A DNA stretch of 64,000 bases from a virus (taxonomy: Duplodnaviria > Caudoviricetes): IMG/VR virus record IMGVR_UViG_3300032225_000686. The stretch is one strand, 5' to 3'. Below the pieces are notes generated by a model. The model searched no databases. It worked only from the letters and a program-made list of their open reading frames with translations, and had not been told where the DNA came from. This document shows, in pieces, positions 1 to 11,200 of the stretch (positions within the stretch are counted from its first letter, which is position 1; each line of letters opens with the position of its first letter). The position numbers were made by a program, and so were the translations under genes.

Positions 1-123
1 ACCGGTTGAACCTGTTGATCCCGTTGATCCAGTTGAACCTGTCGGTCCTGTAGAACCGGTTGAACCTGTTGATCCCGTTGATCCAGTTGAACCTGTCGGT
101 CCTGTAGAACCGGTTGAACCTGT
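1..123. repeat. 54-bp exact tandem repeat (~2.3 copies) within the collagen-like gene
   Basis: ACCGGTTGAACCTGTTGATCCCGTTGATCCAGTTGAACCTGTCGGTCCTGTAGA at 1-54 and 55-108, partial copy at 109-123, built on a 9-bp sub-period. Confidence 0.9.
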
Positions 124-393
124 ACCACCTGTTGGACCAGTTCCACCCGTGCCACCTGTTCTACCTGTACCACCTGTTGGACCAGTTCCACCTGTACCGC
201 CGGTTCCACCTGTGCCGCCTGTGCCACCGCTAATGCCAGCACAGCCTACAGTACAGCAACTACAGCAGTTTCCATTGGAAAGCATTTGGATACATGCAGA
301 CCAACAAGCATTAGTAGTATCACCAGATAAAACTATAGCGTAGCAAGATTCGCAATTTGTTTGATTTACTGTGGCTGCGAGGCACACGCCCAT
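1..393 (-). CDS. Collagen-like (Gly-X-Thr)n fibre protein with Cys-rich N-terminus; 3' end runs off the window
   Basis: Not in the ORF track (open at the window edge). ATG at 393-391 overlaps the stop of the upstream ORF (TAATG). Hand translation: [65 protein letters not shown]...[10 protein letters not shown], no stop before base 1. Confidence 0.85.
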   Translation of the reverse strand, partial: MGVCLAATVNQTNCESCYAIVLSGDTTNACWSACIQMLSNGNCCSCCTVGCAGISGGTGGTGGTGGTGGTGPTGGTGRTGGTGGTGPTGGTGSTGSTGPTGSTGSTGSTGSTGSTGPTGSTGSTGSTGSTG

Positions 394-608
394 TAGTTAT
401 TCCCCCGACTGTCTAGTTTGTTTAGTATGGTGTGTAGCATGGCTTTTAACTCTAGAACCTCTGTTTTTAGACTATTTATCTCTTCGTCCCTTGCCCTAAT
501 AGCCTTCTTTTTTGCCTTGTAGGCTTCTATTTCATCTTGATTGGTAAAGACCAACGCACTAGTATTCAGGTCTCTGTATATCGCCTCTCCCTTGACCTTT
601 AGGTTCAT
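393..608 (-). CDS. Small hypothetical coiled-coil protein
   Basis: 71 aa, coupled to both neighbours; C-terminal heptads ([16 protein letters not shown]). Small ORFs like this typically follow the DUF4815 gene in T4-like phages. Confidence 0.7.
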   Translation of the reverse strand: MNLKVKGEAIYRDLNTSALVFTNQDEIEAYKAKKKAIRARDEEINSLKTEVLELKAMLHTILNKLDSRGNN

Positions 609-3600
609 GTGGCTATTACCTTCATCGAACTGATTAGAGGTACAGGGTGATTTGCATTGGTTTTATCGCCGTACATTACCACCTTGATTGCAAAGGTAGA
701 GAATCGTTGATCTTCCGTTAGAGTCAAGGTATATCTTATGTCCTGATACTCGCCCTCTGCCGTATTCCTTTCTGTCGAAGCAGTCATCTTCTGATAGCCT
801 CTGTTTGAGAAAGTTGTATTCGAATCGGTCTCGTCGGGAAGTGTTTTGGCGAAGACCTCGACTCCCGTGGTTGGTGGATTTGAAATCTTGAGATAAACAT
901 CCAACTGTATTGCGGGATTCTCTAGGTTAATCTTCTTGGTGATATACCTAGATGCCGAACGGACAGAAGAAGATACCCCTCTGTTGTTTGGGCTTTGCTC
1001 ACCGTTTGAGTCGGTTGTGCCTACCTTGTTATTGTTTACCTGATCTTCAACTAGCACGATGCATGAACGATCCAAGTCAACCACGGGGGAGACATAATCG
1101 TTAGTGCTTGACATATTGAATCGGAGAGTTGTGAAGTTGGCTGTTGGGTTTACCGAATCAGCCTTTGCTCTCTTGAGATTCTTTCCAACGACTATATCGG
1201 TATCGGTTCCCAAAATTCCCTGACCGTATTCCTGAACTGTTATTGATGTTCCGGGAGGGGTTATGGTTGGGACTTCAACTCTGACAATACTTGGGTTTAC
1301 GCTTGCACCGTAGTAACTTGTTGGCACATTCTTGGTCTGAATGATTGATGCAGTATTACGATCAAACTTACAGAAGTTCACTACAAACTTCAGGTCTTCT
1401 CGGGGTTCCTTCAGTAGCGTGTTCTGTGACTGTGCTGTGAATAAAGAGCGTACATATGGCTGCTTTGTTACAGATAGAACAGGATCAGATTCGCTTTCCT
1501 GATATTGAGTTTGATTTAGTATTGCTGAGTGTAGAGAGAACTTGTCGCTTGTAGTTCTCAAACTGAAGCAGTATTCGACTCCCGGATTCAAGTAAATCGG
1601 AGAGCCAAATCCAAACCTAGTTGAAGACGATGCGTCATCGCTTACCGAAATTCCACTTGAGAACACCGTCGAAACTCCTGTTGGAAGAGTCTTGGATGGG
1701 TGTGGGAATCCGTTTAGCATGTTCTTTAGTTCTAGAGTGACGGGTACATTTGCCGAATCCTTGCTCTTGAACCACAAATCTACGCTGCTGACGAACACAC
1801 CATATGGGTAGATTACAGGATCAACAAAGAAGGATTGTGATAGTGGCTCAACGATGCCTCTAGAGGCTGCGGTTGTGCTTGTTTCCTTGGCAAAGATGTC
1901 GTTCACTATCGTACTTGAACTTGGAGAAGCCCTCTTGATAATTGGCTTTCGGGTGCTTACGGTTTCTGTTTCCTTGATACCGTAACTACCCTCAATCGGG
2001 AATATCTTCTCTGCTACTGTAGTTGTAGTTGTGATATCATTTGTGTTACTGTCACAGAAACGAATCAGTCTTGCTCCGGTCTTGAGGTTGCCCGTTTGAT
2101 TCAAGTAGATTGCATATCCAGAAGAACCTGCGGTAGTTCCACCAAACGATCCCTTGCTATCAGTCATCACATAACCCGTAGTCCCTGTGTCTGTTGAAGC
2201 AGTCAACGATTGGGTAGTAGTTACTATTGTTGCGGGAGTAGTTGAGTCATCAATGAATGCGTACAACTTGGTGTTTGGCTTTAGACCATCTCCACGAACC
2301 AAGACCTCAATGTTTCTTGCATAGAATTCAACATCGCTATTAGTCTTCTCTGATGACTTGTTCATTACGATTGACTCGGGTGAGGCATTTCTATCTAAGA
2401 TGCTATTCTTGAAGGCATTCATGTTTGCTGATACAGACATGTCTTCAATAGTCTTGTTGAAGATTTGATTATTGGTTTCGTCAAAGTTACTCTTGCCGAA
2501 CCACATCGTTTCCCAATCGTTCCATTGAGTACCGAATCCTGTACCCTCGCCCGCGCCCGTGCCTCCCTCCGCGCCCGCGCCCCCGCGCACGGAGAATGCC
2601 CAGTTGTCCTTTTCGCCTCTCGGGTTGACTCTGACAGAGGGTCTCTGTGTATCGGCAAACCAAAAATCCGAATCGGGGTTTGTGAATAGAGTACCTGTGT
2701 AGTTGATGATGCCGAATGGGTTCAACTGTCTTGAGGTTGACGCTTGAATCTGCACGACTCCGGCAACTCCAGTGTAGCCCATCGTGAACAAGCGATTGCC
2801 TGTTATTGACAAGGGTATAGATGCTGGGCTATAGTTATACTGTGATGGAGTTGCATTTGAATCCAACGAGAGTCTGTAAACCTTCGTCTTGAATGCGGGA
2901 CGGAGCAATGAACCTTCGGGGTCTACTGCTGCGTTGTACATAGTGTCCTTCACATCTCCAACATTGTGACCACGGAAGGTATCGACCAAGATACCCTTCT
3001 TCGGTACTTCAACGCCATCTGTATCAACGATAGCGGTATTCTTGGCTTCTTGTTCTAGAAGACTCATTGTGGTGTAGTACTCCACGGAGTCGATTCTTCT
3101 TTCCAAGTTACCAATATCCTGCATCGTGTAACGCTTGTTCTTGATTGCACGAATGGATACATCATCCTTGCTGTATGCATACGGCGGCAAGGATAGGGTG
3201 TATAGAGTCATGGCATTTGGCTGATCGGGAGGTACTGCGCCCTCCAAAGATGGGAGACCCGATACTAACTTGAATGTCTTGTCTCTTGTGAGTACCAACT
3301 TATCTGTTCTTGGGAGATACCTATCAACAGATACCAATCCTGTAGAAGTAGAAACCGGATAGCAGAATGGACTAAATGTTCCATCTGTCTGTCTGTCGGG
3401 CCTAAAATCAAACAAATCCGATAGACGATAGGTGTTTCCTGTGTCTGGACTTGTGTATACTGGGATGTCTCCAAAAGCAACTCCCGAATACGAATCTACG
3501 GTGAATGGTCCTGCTGCTCCAGTTGCCCCCGTTCTATCAAATCTTCGCACAGTTACGCTAAGTGTTCCTGTTAATCCTGCCGTAGAACCCGAACTAAATC

Positions 3601-5689
3601 CGGGAGCGAACACAAGTCGTGACCAATCATAGTAATTGTCTCGGTTACCTGTATCGAGCACGAAATAGGAGTTGAATGACTGACCACTTGCTCCCGTAAT
3701 TGCACTAATTTCAAAGACATCAATCTTCTTGTTCAGTAGACGATACTCTGCTCCGTTAGTTGCACCCGTTGGTCCTACATCAGTTAGTGTAGACCCTGTT
3801 ATAGAAAGTGTTTCTTGAACTACGGTCTTTCCTCTTCGGACATAAGATCCGCTGTTGTATAGAAGTCTTGCCTCGCCAATAACTGTTCCTGTTGCTCCGT
3901 TAGGACCATTGGTTACCATAAGAGTATTTGCCGCTGCACCTGTAGTTGCACTAGCAGATACCGAATCGCCGTTTTCATTGATTACGATGAAGGTGTTATC
4001 GGGGGCATTCACCAATGTGCCATAGTCAAACTTTGCCAAGTTTACATCAGTACCCAAGCCAATATTATTTGTTGAGATTGATGCTGAACCTGTTGCAGAG
4101 AAACTTACCTTCTTTGCAAATCTTACCTTATAGTCCACTTCCGTTACGGTCTTTATTCCGTTTCCTGCGGATAGCGGGAAGAGGAGCGTGTTTGTGAAGT
4201 CTTGAAGTTCTGCTCCACCAGTTGGGCTGTAGAAATCCACCAACTGCTGACCTGTTCCCGTCTTACCCGCAACAAACAAACTCTTTACATCCGAGAACTT
4301 GGAACCCGAACTCAAAGATACATCAAATAGGTCTACTCGCCAGTTCTTATCACCATAGCCACCAACATACTGAATTCCTCTAACCTTTGCTGTTCCCACT
4401 TGAGCAAATGCCGATGCTCCCGTCATTCCTCTGCTAGAAGACAGGTATGCTGTTGGCATGGTTGCCAAATCAAAACCAATAAATCCATTAGTAGGGAAAG
4501 CATTTCCTGTTAGGCTAGACAGAACATAAGGACCAACCACAGATTGGATGTTTGCATCTTCTATGTTCTTGGTTGTTCTTGTCTTGGGTAGATCAAGACG
4601 GGTGTTGCCTATGGTCTCAAATTCGTATCCAAAGACATATGCTTTGCCGGGGCTTACAACGAGCGAGAATGTTGCTCCAGTTGAACCATAAACGCTGTCT
4701 GTTACGGTGATTTGGAATGGCTCAACAGTATAGTTGCCAGACTCATCATATGTTCTTCTTGCTAGCGTGTCTCCAAGCACCGAGTAGTCGGGGTACTGTT
4801 CTCTCTTGATGACATTACCGTTTACAATACGAATGAATTCTATGAAGTTCTCACGGGAGAAGTTGTCAGTTGTGACCGTACTCAAATCTTCTGTGGCTGA
4901 GTAACCGTACTGTGTAAGTGGTAGGTCAATCTTGAAGCGATCTGCTCCGGGTGCTGCATAGTTGTAGAATCCGTATGAAGGATCTCTTAATGTAGTATCA
5001 TCGCTATCGGTGATGATTTGCTTATCTACAGAGAAGCCCACTCTTGTAGTTGGAGTTTGGAATAGTCTTACTTTAGAGCCAGTCGCGCCCGTGAGGGTGT
5101 GCGCGGCTATCGTTTGCTTATCGTTAGAAACAAAGAAGCCTTCTATGAATCTGATTCCGGGTGCTACCGAAACCAACAAAGCATCACCTATAGCCTGACC
5201 TGTTATTGATCCTGCTGTGATTCCTCCAATAGTGAATGAAAATGATGCTGAATTGGTTGCAGTTCCACCTATAGTATTTCCACTAGCAAAAGCAGTACCG
5301 CCTGATGTGTATTCGAAAAATACAACAGGGCGGGTATCAGATGTGCTGTTTGCTAGTGCTGTTTCTGCGTGTAGAATTCTACCACCAGAATAGGACGAAG
5401 AAATCTCTCCACCAATTAGGTCTGTGATATCCTGTGTTCCCGTAAGCCCACTAACTCTAGCAAACTTGACTCTATTCTCTACAACCTCACCGCCGTAAAC
5501 CAAAGACCCTTCGTTGAAGATGTTCTTACCAAACTTCTCAATCTGATTTTGAAGTATGGTCTGTAGTTGCGTAAGTTCTCGGGCTTGAACCGCATAGCCG
5601 GGGCGGAACAGCATACGCAAGAACTTCTTGTCCTCGCTGTAATCGTCGTAGTAAGGGTCTACATTGAAGAGTAATGGGTCGTAGGACAT
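605..5689 (-). CDS. Large virion structural protein, DUF4815/VrlC-like
   Basis: 1694 aa; N-terminus FNVDPYYDDY..LFRPGYAVQARELTQLQTILQNQIEKFG and internal LARRTYDESGNY and LERRIDSVEYYTTMSLLEQ motifs; lies downstream of gp8. Confidence 0.85.
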   Translation of the reverse strand: MSYDPLLFNVDPYYDDYSEDKKFLRMLFRPGYAVQARELTQLQTILQNQIEKFGKNIFNEGSLVYGGEVVENRVKFARVSGLTGTQDITDLIGGEISSSYSGGRILHAETALANSTSDTRPVVFFEYTSGGTAFASGNTIGGTATNSASFSFTIGGITAGSITGQAIGDALLVSVAPGIRFIEGFFVSNDKQTIAAHTLTGATGSKVRLFQTPTTRVGFSVDKQIITDSDDTTLRDPSYGFYNYAAPGADRFKIDLPLTQYGYSATEDLSTVTTDNFSRENFIEFIRIVNGNVIKREQYPDYSVLGDTLARRTYDESGNYTVEPFQITVTDSVYGSTGATFSLVVSPGKAYVFGYEFETIGNTRLDLPKTRTTKNIEDANIQSVVGPYVLSSLTGNAFPTNGFIGFDLATMPTAYLSSSRGMTGASAFAQVGTAKVRGIQYVGGYGDKNWRVDLFDVSLSSGSKFSDVKSLFVAGKTGTGQQLVDFYSPTGGAELQDFTNTLLFPLSAGNGIKTVTEVDYKVRFAKKVSFSATGSASISTNNIGLGTDVNLAKFDYGTLVNAPDNTFIVINENGDSVSASATTGAAANTLMVTNGPNGATGTVIGEARLLYNSGSYVRRGKTVVQETLSITGSTLTDVGPTGATNGAEYRLLNKKIDVFEISAITGASGQSFNSYFVLDTGNRDNYYDWSRLVFAPGFSSGSTAGLTGTLSVTVRRFDRTGATGAAGPFTVDSYSGVAFGDIPVYTSPDTGNTYRLSDLFDFRPDRQTDGTFSPFCYPVSTSTGLVSVDRYLPRTDKLVLTRDKTFKLVSGLPSLEGAVPPDQPNAMTLYTLSLPPYAYSKDDVSIRAIKNKRYTMQDIGNLERRIDSVEYYTTMSLLEQEAKNTAIVDTDGVEVPKKGILVDTFRGHNVGDVKDTMYNAAVDPEGSLLRPAFKTKVYRLSLDSNATPSQYNYSPASIPLSITGNRLFTMGYTGVAGVVQIQASTSRQLNPFGIINYTGTLFTNPDSDFWFADTQRPSVRVNPRGEKDNWAFSVRGGAGAEGGTGAGEGTGFGTQWNDWETMWFGKSNFDETNNQIFNKTIEDMSVSANMNAFKNSILDRNASPESIVMNKSSEKTNSDVEFYARNIEVLVRGDGLKPNTKLYAFIDDSTTPATIVTTTQSLTASTDTGTTGYVMTDSKGSFGGTTAGSSGYAIYLNQTGNLKTGARLIRFCDSNTNDITTTTTVAEKIFPIEGSYGIKETETVSTRKPIIKRASPSSSTIVNDIFAKETSTTAASRGIVEPLSQSFFVDPVIYPYGVFVSSVDLWFKSKDSANVPVTLELKNMLNGFPHPSKTLPTGVSTVFSSGISVSDDASSSTRFGFGSPIYLNPGVEYCFSLRTTSDKFSLHSAILNQTQYQESESDPVLSVTKQPYVRSLFTAQSQNTLLKEPREDLKFVVNFCKFDRNTASIIQTKNVPTSYYGASVNPSIVRVEVPTITPPGTSITVQEYGQGILGTDTDIVVGKNLKRAKADSVNPTANFTTLRFNMSSTNDYVSPVVDLDRSCIVLVEDQVNNNKVGTTDSNGEQSPNNRGVSSSVRSASRYITKKINLENPAIQLDVYLKISNPPTTGVEVFAKTLPDETDSNTTFSNRGYQKMTASTERNTAEGEYQDIRYTLTLTEDQRFSTFAIKVVMYGDKTNANHPVPLISSMKVIAT
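2544..2592. repeat. GC-rich CGCGCCCGY motif island
   Basis: CCCTCGCCCGCGCCCGTGCC...CGCGCCCGCGCCCCCGCGCACGG. Confidence 0.7.
5084..5105. repeat. GC-rich CGCGCCCGY motif island
   Basis: CGCGCCCGTGAGGGTGTGCGCG. Confidence 0.7.
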
Positions 5690-5698
5690 TCGTTTACC

Positions 5699-8248
5699 TC
5701 AGAATTGGAAGAGGACTTTTATCTCTTCCCGTTGCTCTATGTTTCTGGTAATTGGTTGTGTGTTTTGTATGTAGGTCAGTTCGCCCGATCTATACTTCAG
5801 TTCACCTTCGTGGGTTATTGCCTCTATTTGGCATTGGGCGGTTTCGTCTTTGTTGTCCGTGAATGTGATTAGGCTATCTTCGCTAAAGATTCCCTGTGTT
5901 CCGCATAGCCTCAAGGTTCCGCTTGTAGCACCATCTACGGCAGTCCATTCAAGCACCAATCCCGAACCCTCTGCGGTTAGCCCCGCGTAACTCTTTACCA
6001 ATGAGTCTTGTTCGAAAGACTGAACCCCGAATGGGTTGGATAGAGAAGTAGAAACTGTAACTGTTGTTGTTTGATCGTATAGGGTTGGTGAATTTTTGGC
6101 TATCTCGCCTATTTCCACTACAACCGCTGTTCCTGTATTGTGGGCAGGTCTTCCCGCTGTTGCTCCAGTCAAACCGTATCTTGAAGGAATACTTGGTCGA
6201 AGATAGTAATCAACCTCTACCAATTTCTCAAATCTTGTGGGTAAGCCGGATGGTTCCTCAACATACAGAGTTGCTGATGTGTTAGTTCCAACTGTGGGTT
6301 CCCACGAATAAATCGAACCGGTGAAGTGTGAGTTATGAACATTTCTTTCCAAGTTACCGATACTTGCAACATACATTCCCGGATGGAAATCTTCGCCACC
6401 TGCAAGGAATGCTCCTGCTGTTCCGCCTAATTGGGGATCATAAACTGTCGCTGGGGTAACCTTAAGGCGAAGTAGTTCTCTGCCTTCTGTTCCTGCTATA
6501 GTTCTTTCAGACACATCTACGATATTGAAGTAGCCGCTATTTGAGCCTGTCACAGAAGAATACACTCTTCCTGTAGAGAGGAAGTTGCCGCCCGTAACGC
6601 CACTCACTATCAATTCTGATATTCCATACTTGTCAACACCAGACAAACCTGTTCCTGTTGGACCATTTCTCCAAGATACAATTTTGCCTGTGGCTTGACT
6701 GTAGGTTGCTCCTGATATTCCTCCTGTGGTTCCTTGAGTTAGGGTTCCGCCTTCAAGGAAAGAACCAGTTAGACCAATAGCACCGAGCCGTAGTCTTACC
6801 TGCTTGTTCTTTAGGAGAGGGTTCTTGAGAATACCAAACTGTCTATAATCGTTTGCGACCGATAGTGTGTTCTTTTCGGTTTGACTAAATTCAACTACGA
6901 TCATGATTGCTGCTGCTCCCAATTCTGCAACAGCATTTGAGCCATGTCCACCCGGAGGAGAGAATACGATTTCCGCAGTATCATTCAAAGATCCAACTCC
7001 AGTCAATCCTGTGGTGAATGTCAGACCCTTGATTACCTTTAGTTCCGCACGGGTATAATCTCTGCCTCCATCTATGACTTCGTAGGAGTCAACAAATGCT
7101 TGGTTATAGACATTCGTAGTATCACATCCTGTTGAACCCGAACTCAAAAGAGGACCAAACTTAAGACCGATGTCCGCTTCACCAAACTTGTTTAGTGTTG
7201 TTTCTACAGGGAAACCATCGCCTCCAATTTGAACATTCGGAACTATGGAGAATTTACTATCTCCTGACGAGAGACCAACAGTCAAAGGATAATCCAGAGT
7301 TACGGTTCCATAGTTGCCTGTGCTTGAGTAAGCATAGGAGTTGATGATTCTTCTTTGCCCTTCACCCGGACCATCGTCTATAGACAAGATAAGGTCATCA
7401 TAGAACCCATTTACACCAATCAGATAAGGACTGTACAATCTTACAGAGCCAGTATAGCCTGCTGCGTAATTCTGCTGAACAACATTGCTGTTATCCGGTC
7501 TCAAACAGTTGATGATTGTTAGATATGGCTTGTATTGTTCTTTGACCCCAACAAACGATATCTGCCCGTTTATTGCGCTCTGTTGAACATTCCATTGAAG
7601 AACCCTATCATCTGCGTTCATCTTCAAATACTGAACATACGATACTGGCATGTAGCCCTGAATTATGACTCTCTGATAGGGAGTAGATGATTGTAGGGTC
7701 TCGTCATATACAGTCTTTGTGAGGAACTTTCTCTGATCTTCTGGAATGAGATACATGAACTTCCAACGATAGCCATCAGCCAATTTACGGATTTCGGAAT
7801 CCGTGTGGGTTGGGGCTACAGTAGAAGCAACACCGTAATTGTTGTCTATGCACTTGTACACGCGAGTTTCATCAACAAGAACATAGAACTGTGAGGGATA
7901 GTCTTGGTCAAATAGTGCCGAGTAATCCCTATATGGCTGATAGACTGTGCCAAGTTTCCAATCAAAACGAGGTATAACCAACGAGATGTTGTCTTTGCTT
8001 ATTCTCTTTGCTGCTACAACTCCCTGCCAAAATTCAGTCTCTACCCTATCGCTATCCGCAGGAACAGGCACAGGGCGAGCATAGTTAGTTCCCGACAAAC
8101 CCGAATCTGTGGTTTCTGTTGGCCAAGGGGTCGTTTTGCCGATGGTCAGGAAGTAGTTTTCTGTAGACATCAATTCGATGTCTGCTAGCATTCTTTCTGC
8201 AAGATGCCGTCTGTAGTTTTGACGAATTGGTGAGCAAGATGAAGCCAT
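5699..8248 (-). CDS. gp8: Baseplate wedge subunit gp8
   Basis: FYVLVDETRVYKCIDNN, DGYRWKFMY, PPGGHGSNAVAELGA and C-terminal ITRNIEQREEIKVLFQF motifs; gp6-gp7-gp8 synteny. Confidence 0.85.
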   Translation of the reverse strand: MASSCSPIRQNYRRHLAERMLADIELMSTENYFLTIGKTTPWPTETTDSGLSGTNYARPVPVPADSDRVETEFWQGVVAAKRISKDNISLVIPRFDWKLGTVYQPYRDYSALFDQDYPSQFYVLVDETRVYKCIDNNYGVASTVAPTHTDSEIRKLADGYRWKFMYLIPEDQRKFLTKTVYDETLQSSTPYQRVIIQGYMPVSYVQYLKMNADDRVLQWNVQQSAINGQISFVGVKEQYKPYLTIINCLRPDNSNVVQQNYAAGYTGSVRLYSPYLIGVNGFYDDLILSIDDGPGEGQRRIINSYAYSSTGNYGTVTLDYPLTVGLSSGDSKFSIVPNVQIGGDGFPVETTLNKFGEADIGLKFGPLLSSGSTGCDTTNVYNQAFVDSYEVIDGGRDYTRAELKVIKGLTFTTGLTGVGSLNDTAEIVFSPPGGHGSNAVAELGAAAIMIVVEFSQTEKNTLSVANDYRQFGILKNPLLKNKQVRLRLGAIGLTGSFLEGGTLTQGTTGGISGATYSQATGKIVSWRNGPTGTGLSGVDKYGISELIVSGVTGGNFLSTGRVYSSVTGSNSGYFNIVDVSERTIAGTEGRELLRLKVTPATVYDPQLGGTAGAFLAGGEDFHPGMYVASIGNLERNVHNSHFTGSIYSWEPTVGTNTSATLYVEEPSGLPTRFEKLVEVDYYLRPSIPSRYGLTGATAGRPAHNTGTAVVVEIGEIAKNSPTLYDQTTTVTVSTSLSNPFGVQSFEQDSLVKSYAGLTAEGSGLVLEWTAVDGATSGTLRLCGTQGIFSEDSLITFTDNKDETAQCQIEAITHEGELKYRSGELTYIQNTQPITRNIEQREEIKVLFQF

Positions 8249-8261
8249 ATACTCTATCTAT

Positions 8262-11200
8262 TCAAGATGTTTTGTTGTAGTTAAAATCCATGACTTTGGT
8301 GGCTTCTGGAACGACAGCATTTGCCGAGTTACGGAACACCAACTTTAGTCTCATGAAGTGCCTTTTGCTGTGGTAGTCCTGTCCTCTGAATCTGAAGATT
8401 GGACCATTAGAATCAAAGTAGTTTGCTGTAAACATTTCCCCCGTGCTGTCGGGGTTTTCGAAATTGGGAAACGGAGAATTTATTGAAATTAGGGCAGATG
8501 TGGGGGAGAATGGGCCAGCATTCGCCAACATGTATTCCTTTTCGGGTCCGCTAGAATCTGAAGGCTTTACTGCATATAGTTCTGCCCATAAAGAGCGGAT
8601 ACCGTAGTAGCCGAGATAAACAAGAGTAGAAACCCCTTCTTGGGGAGTCCCCGTAATACCCCTGACTGCCTCAAGATTTAGTATTAGGTTCTTCCCGCCC
8701 GTAACTAAATTGGCAGGCTCTCTGTAATCGTAGTTGTTGGCAGCGGGGGCAGTAAGTCCATTCATTTTTTCCGCGTATACCTGTGGGAACGGAGGAGCCT
8801 TTACCTGATCGTTGGTGCAATTGAATTCCTTACCTACGGGCATACTGAAGAAGGCTCTAGCCGTGATCTTTCTAAAATCGGAATAGGCGATGTTATACCC
8901 AAGCAACTCACCGTTGGTTGTGGATTCGATACCCTGAACAACGGGGATATAATCCCAAGGAGCATCATAGAAATTTTCAGATGCTCCTGTGTAATCCCTA
9001 AACCCCAATAAAAGAAGAGCAAGATCTCCGTTATCAACTACTCCACTTCCGTCTGCATCTCCCAAAACAAATCCCGCAAATGTGGATGGAACTTCAGGGG
9101 AATTATTGAATTGAGGATACGCCGAATAAGTATCAAGATTGCCACTTGTTGGACTTGCGAATGCCCACTCTCTTGCAATAAAACTATTGAAGGTGCAGTA
9201 GAGTGGCATGACAATTTGGTTAGCCAAGTTGTATCGTATGGTTTCAAAGGAAGTCATATCTCCCGTATGCCCAACTATCTTCTTGTCTCCCAAGGGGAAC
9301 CAATACGAAGGGCATAGTGCAGTTGGTCCCGTAGCAGAGTAGAATTCTGCATTTTCTCCTGTTGCTCCTGTGTATCCCAAAACATAGTGCAAATACGGGG
9401 TCATTGCTCTTCGAAGTATTATTTGATAGTTATCGCCGTTAGTCGATCTGTCTTGATTGAAGATATTTGGAGATTTGCTGTATGGGGCAAATACCGCATC
9501 TTGACCTGTTGAACCCATCAAAGCATCAAGCAAAAATGATGGGTTCAGATCATTATAGAACCCATCTATCAAACGGCATCCATAATCAGAATCGTTGAGT
9601 ATATCTTCCCACACAGAGTAAAACACCGATGCTTTGATTGCTGAGTATTCGGGAAGATACTTTCTTGTATCAGATAAGGATGAGATGAAGAAGTTTGGTG
9701 TGTCCTTTCCATTTGTCTTATAAAGACGGCTGGATACCATTATCACAAACTTTCTCTCTATCCCTTCCCCAACAAATGTCTCATTTAGGTATTTGCTAGC
9801 ATCCAACAACCTCTTGAATTTAGTGATGCTCTTTTCGATTGATGGTGATCTAAAGTGGCAATCTAAATACATTACATCTTGTTCATGTATAAGTGCCTTG
9901 ACATTTTCTGCTGCCTCTATGACTAGAGCCTTTTGATTTTCGTTGGGTAGATTTTCTATTGATCGGTATAGGTCTTCGACTACATTTACAAAGTTTGGGA
10001 TTCGTGGCCAACCGTTATACCCAAATCTACACAGAGGATACTTCAGTTTAATCAACTTCAACACAACTACCATGTCAGATAGTATCTGATTCTTGTCTTC
10101 TATTTCTTGTTGGCCCGTAAACGATCCCGCGTATGTTGGCTGTATTTTTGACGGAAAGAAGATAGTGTTCAAATCAATCATCACATATTCTTGAGATTGG
10201 CTATTCAGTCCGTTTGATTGCAGCCAAGAATCCAAAGAATCTACTATTTGCTGTAGTGTTGGTGCTGTAGAAGCAGACAAAATCTCATCCGTAAATCGGT
10301 AACATAGTTTTCCGCCTATGAGTTTTGGTCCATAAAGTGGGCTTGTTTCTGATAAGAATGTTGAGAAGTCAACTGTGGTTGATGGTTGTGTGTTTCTAAA
10401 CTCAACAGTAAATGGGTCATACAGGAATGTTGGATTGCTCTCCGATCCTGTAGTCTCCTGCCTATACGCGGTAAGGCTTTGACTAGTACCCGCAGAAATG
10501 GCCGAAGATATTGGTCCGTAGAAAGGAACTAATGGATTGTAAGACAGCATCACATAACGCTCTCCTGATGTAAACCCTGTAGCCCATTCTTCTCGGTTTG
10601 CCGTTACTGATTCTGTCCATTCTCTCCAATATACGGTATGCCCACACGCGCCCGTGGGTGTGGGATAACCAAACACCGATGCTGCACCATGATCTGTTAG
10701 GAACTCATCCTTTAAATCATATGGTATTCTTGCAACAACAGGCTCGCTCATTCTTCTGTTTGGGTGTTGGTAAACAATCCAAAAAGGATCAGCATTTGCT
10801 TGTCCCGATAATCCCAATGGGGGATTGAATAAATCAGGTTCTTGATAAGAGACACCAGATGCAAATGGGTTACCTATAACAAAGAAGAAATCATTTAGTG
10901 AAGCGTCTGGGTGACTTTGTAAATACTGGGCATAGTCCTCTAAATCAACTTTGCCATTCGGCACTCCTCCCAAATCATATTGTATTGGTGGAGTATGCCT
11001 TGATCTATTATATCCGGATGGTTCTGATATCACCTCACCATCAACAACACTAACTTTTCTAAACCACTTGTTTAGATCGTCGTGTGTCAAGAAGGTATAT
11101 GGAAGATAGTGTCCTATTATAGGAACATCATATTCAATCAATGAGGTTGCTTGATTTAGATCGGTATAAGCACATCTCTTAAGAAGCACTTTGCCGTAGA

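Noticed and set aside
1-230. Tandem repeats as a CRISPR array
   Set aside because: No unique spacers; the 9-bp period is a coding triplet repeat.
149-343. Plus-strand PPV-repeat ORF
   Set aside because: Antisense shadow of the minus-strand GGT collagen gene, which is coupled to the operon.
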